The notes under the pieces were generated by a model. That model saw only the letters and a program-made list of their open reading frames with translations, ran no database searches and was not told where the DNA came from. This document shows positions 63,701 through 64,000 of a stretch of 64,000 bases of DNA, piece by piece. Origin of the DNA: Eledone cirrhosa (taxonomy: Eukaryota); the NCBI GenBank assembly GCA_964016885.1, contig OZ024742.1, positions 79,980,001-80,044,000 of the forward strand, read 5' to 3'. The position numbers were made by a program, and so were the translations under genes. The stretch's first letter is position 1. Every line of letters begins with the position of its first letter.

Positions 63701-64000
63701 ATCACGTCCAGTTTATACATGTAGCCTTTTATTAAATTCTGAAGGTTTATGCCTGTTTTTAAATCCATAGCTGAGAAACTGTATAACATTACTAATGCAA
63801 GCTTTCTAAACACGCATTTAAATTACTAACTTAGTGTTCCTTTATAAAGTAAGCTAATCAACAATCTGTAGTGATTCAGTCGATGCGCTTCACCATCCGC
63901 TGCCAAAAACGCCAAGCTAAATTTAAAATATTTCTCCCTCTGAGGTAGATGAAATAAATTTCCAGTTTAAAACAGGAGTAGAAATATCTATATATATAAA

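Overview
This is repeat-saturated eukaryotic intergenic or intronic DNA. It is AT-rich with dense (TA)n/(CA)n/(GA)n microsatellites, and the SINE and LINE types suggest an octopus or other cephalopod (inference). No host gene is recognisable. The window holds many Penelope-like retroelements (PLEs): one near-complete Neptune-type element with a coiled-coil ORF1 (29803-36638), a second decayed Neptune on the minus strand, and decayed Naiad-type elements. It also holds a near full-length L1/Tx1-like LINE plus fragments, RTE and R4/Dong LINE fragments, a non-coding LTR element with a tRNA-Trp PBS, a Helitron-like PIF1 helicase followed by a USP (C19) protease remnant, tRNA-type SINEs and MITEs. 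The strongest signal is about 25 hand-identified hammerhead ribozyme (HHR) motifs from about 12 families. Many lie in tail-out fold-back palindromes inserted in (TA)n. Three families carry a compensatory U3-A8 core, several have ~80-115 nt insertions in stem II, and one forms a ~323-nt tandem retrozyme-like repeat. Both Neptune elements share a T TTT TTA slippery site at the ORF1/RT junction and a duplicated E2F-like/CCAAT module upstream of their ribozyme. All alignments and folds were done by eye, and coordinates of decayed elements are approximate.
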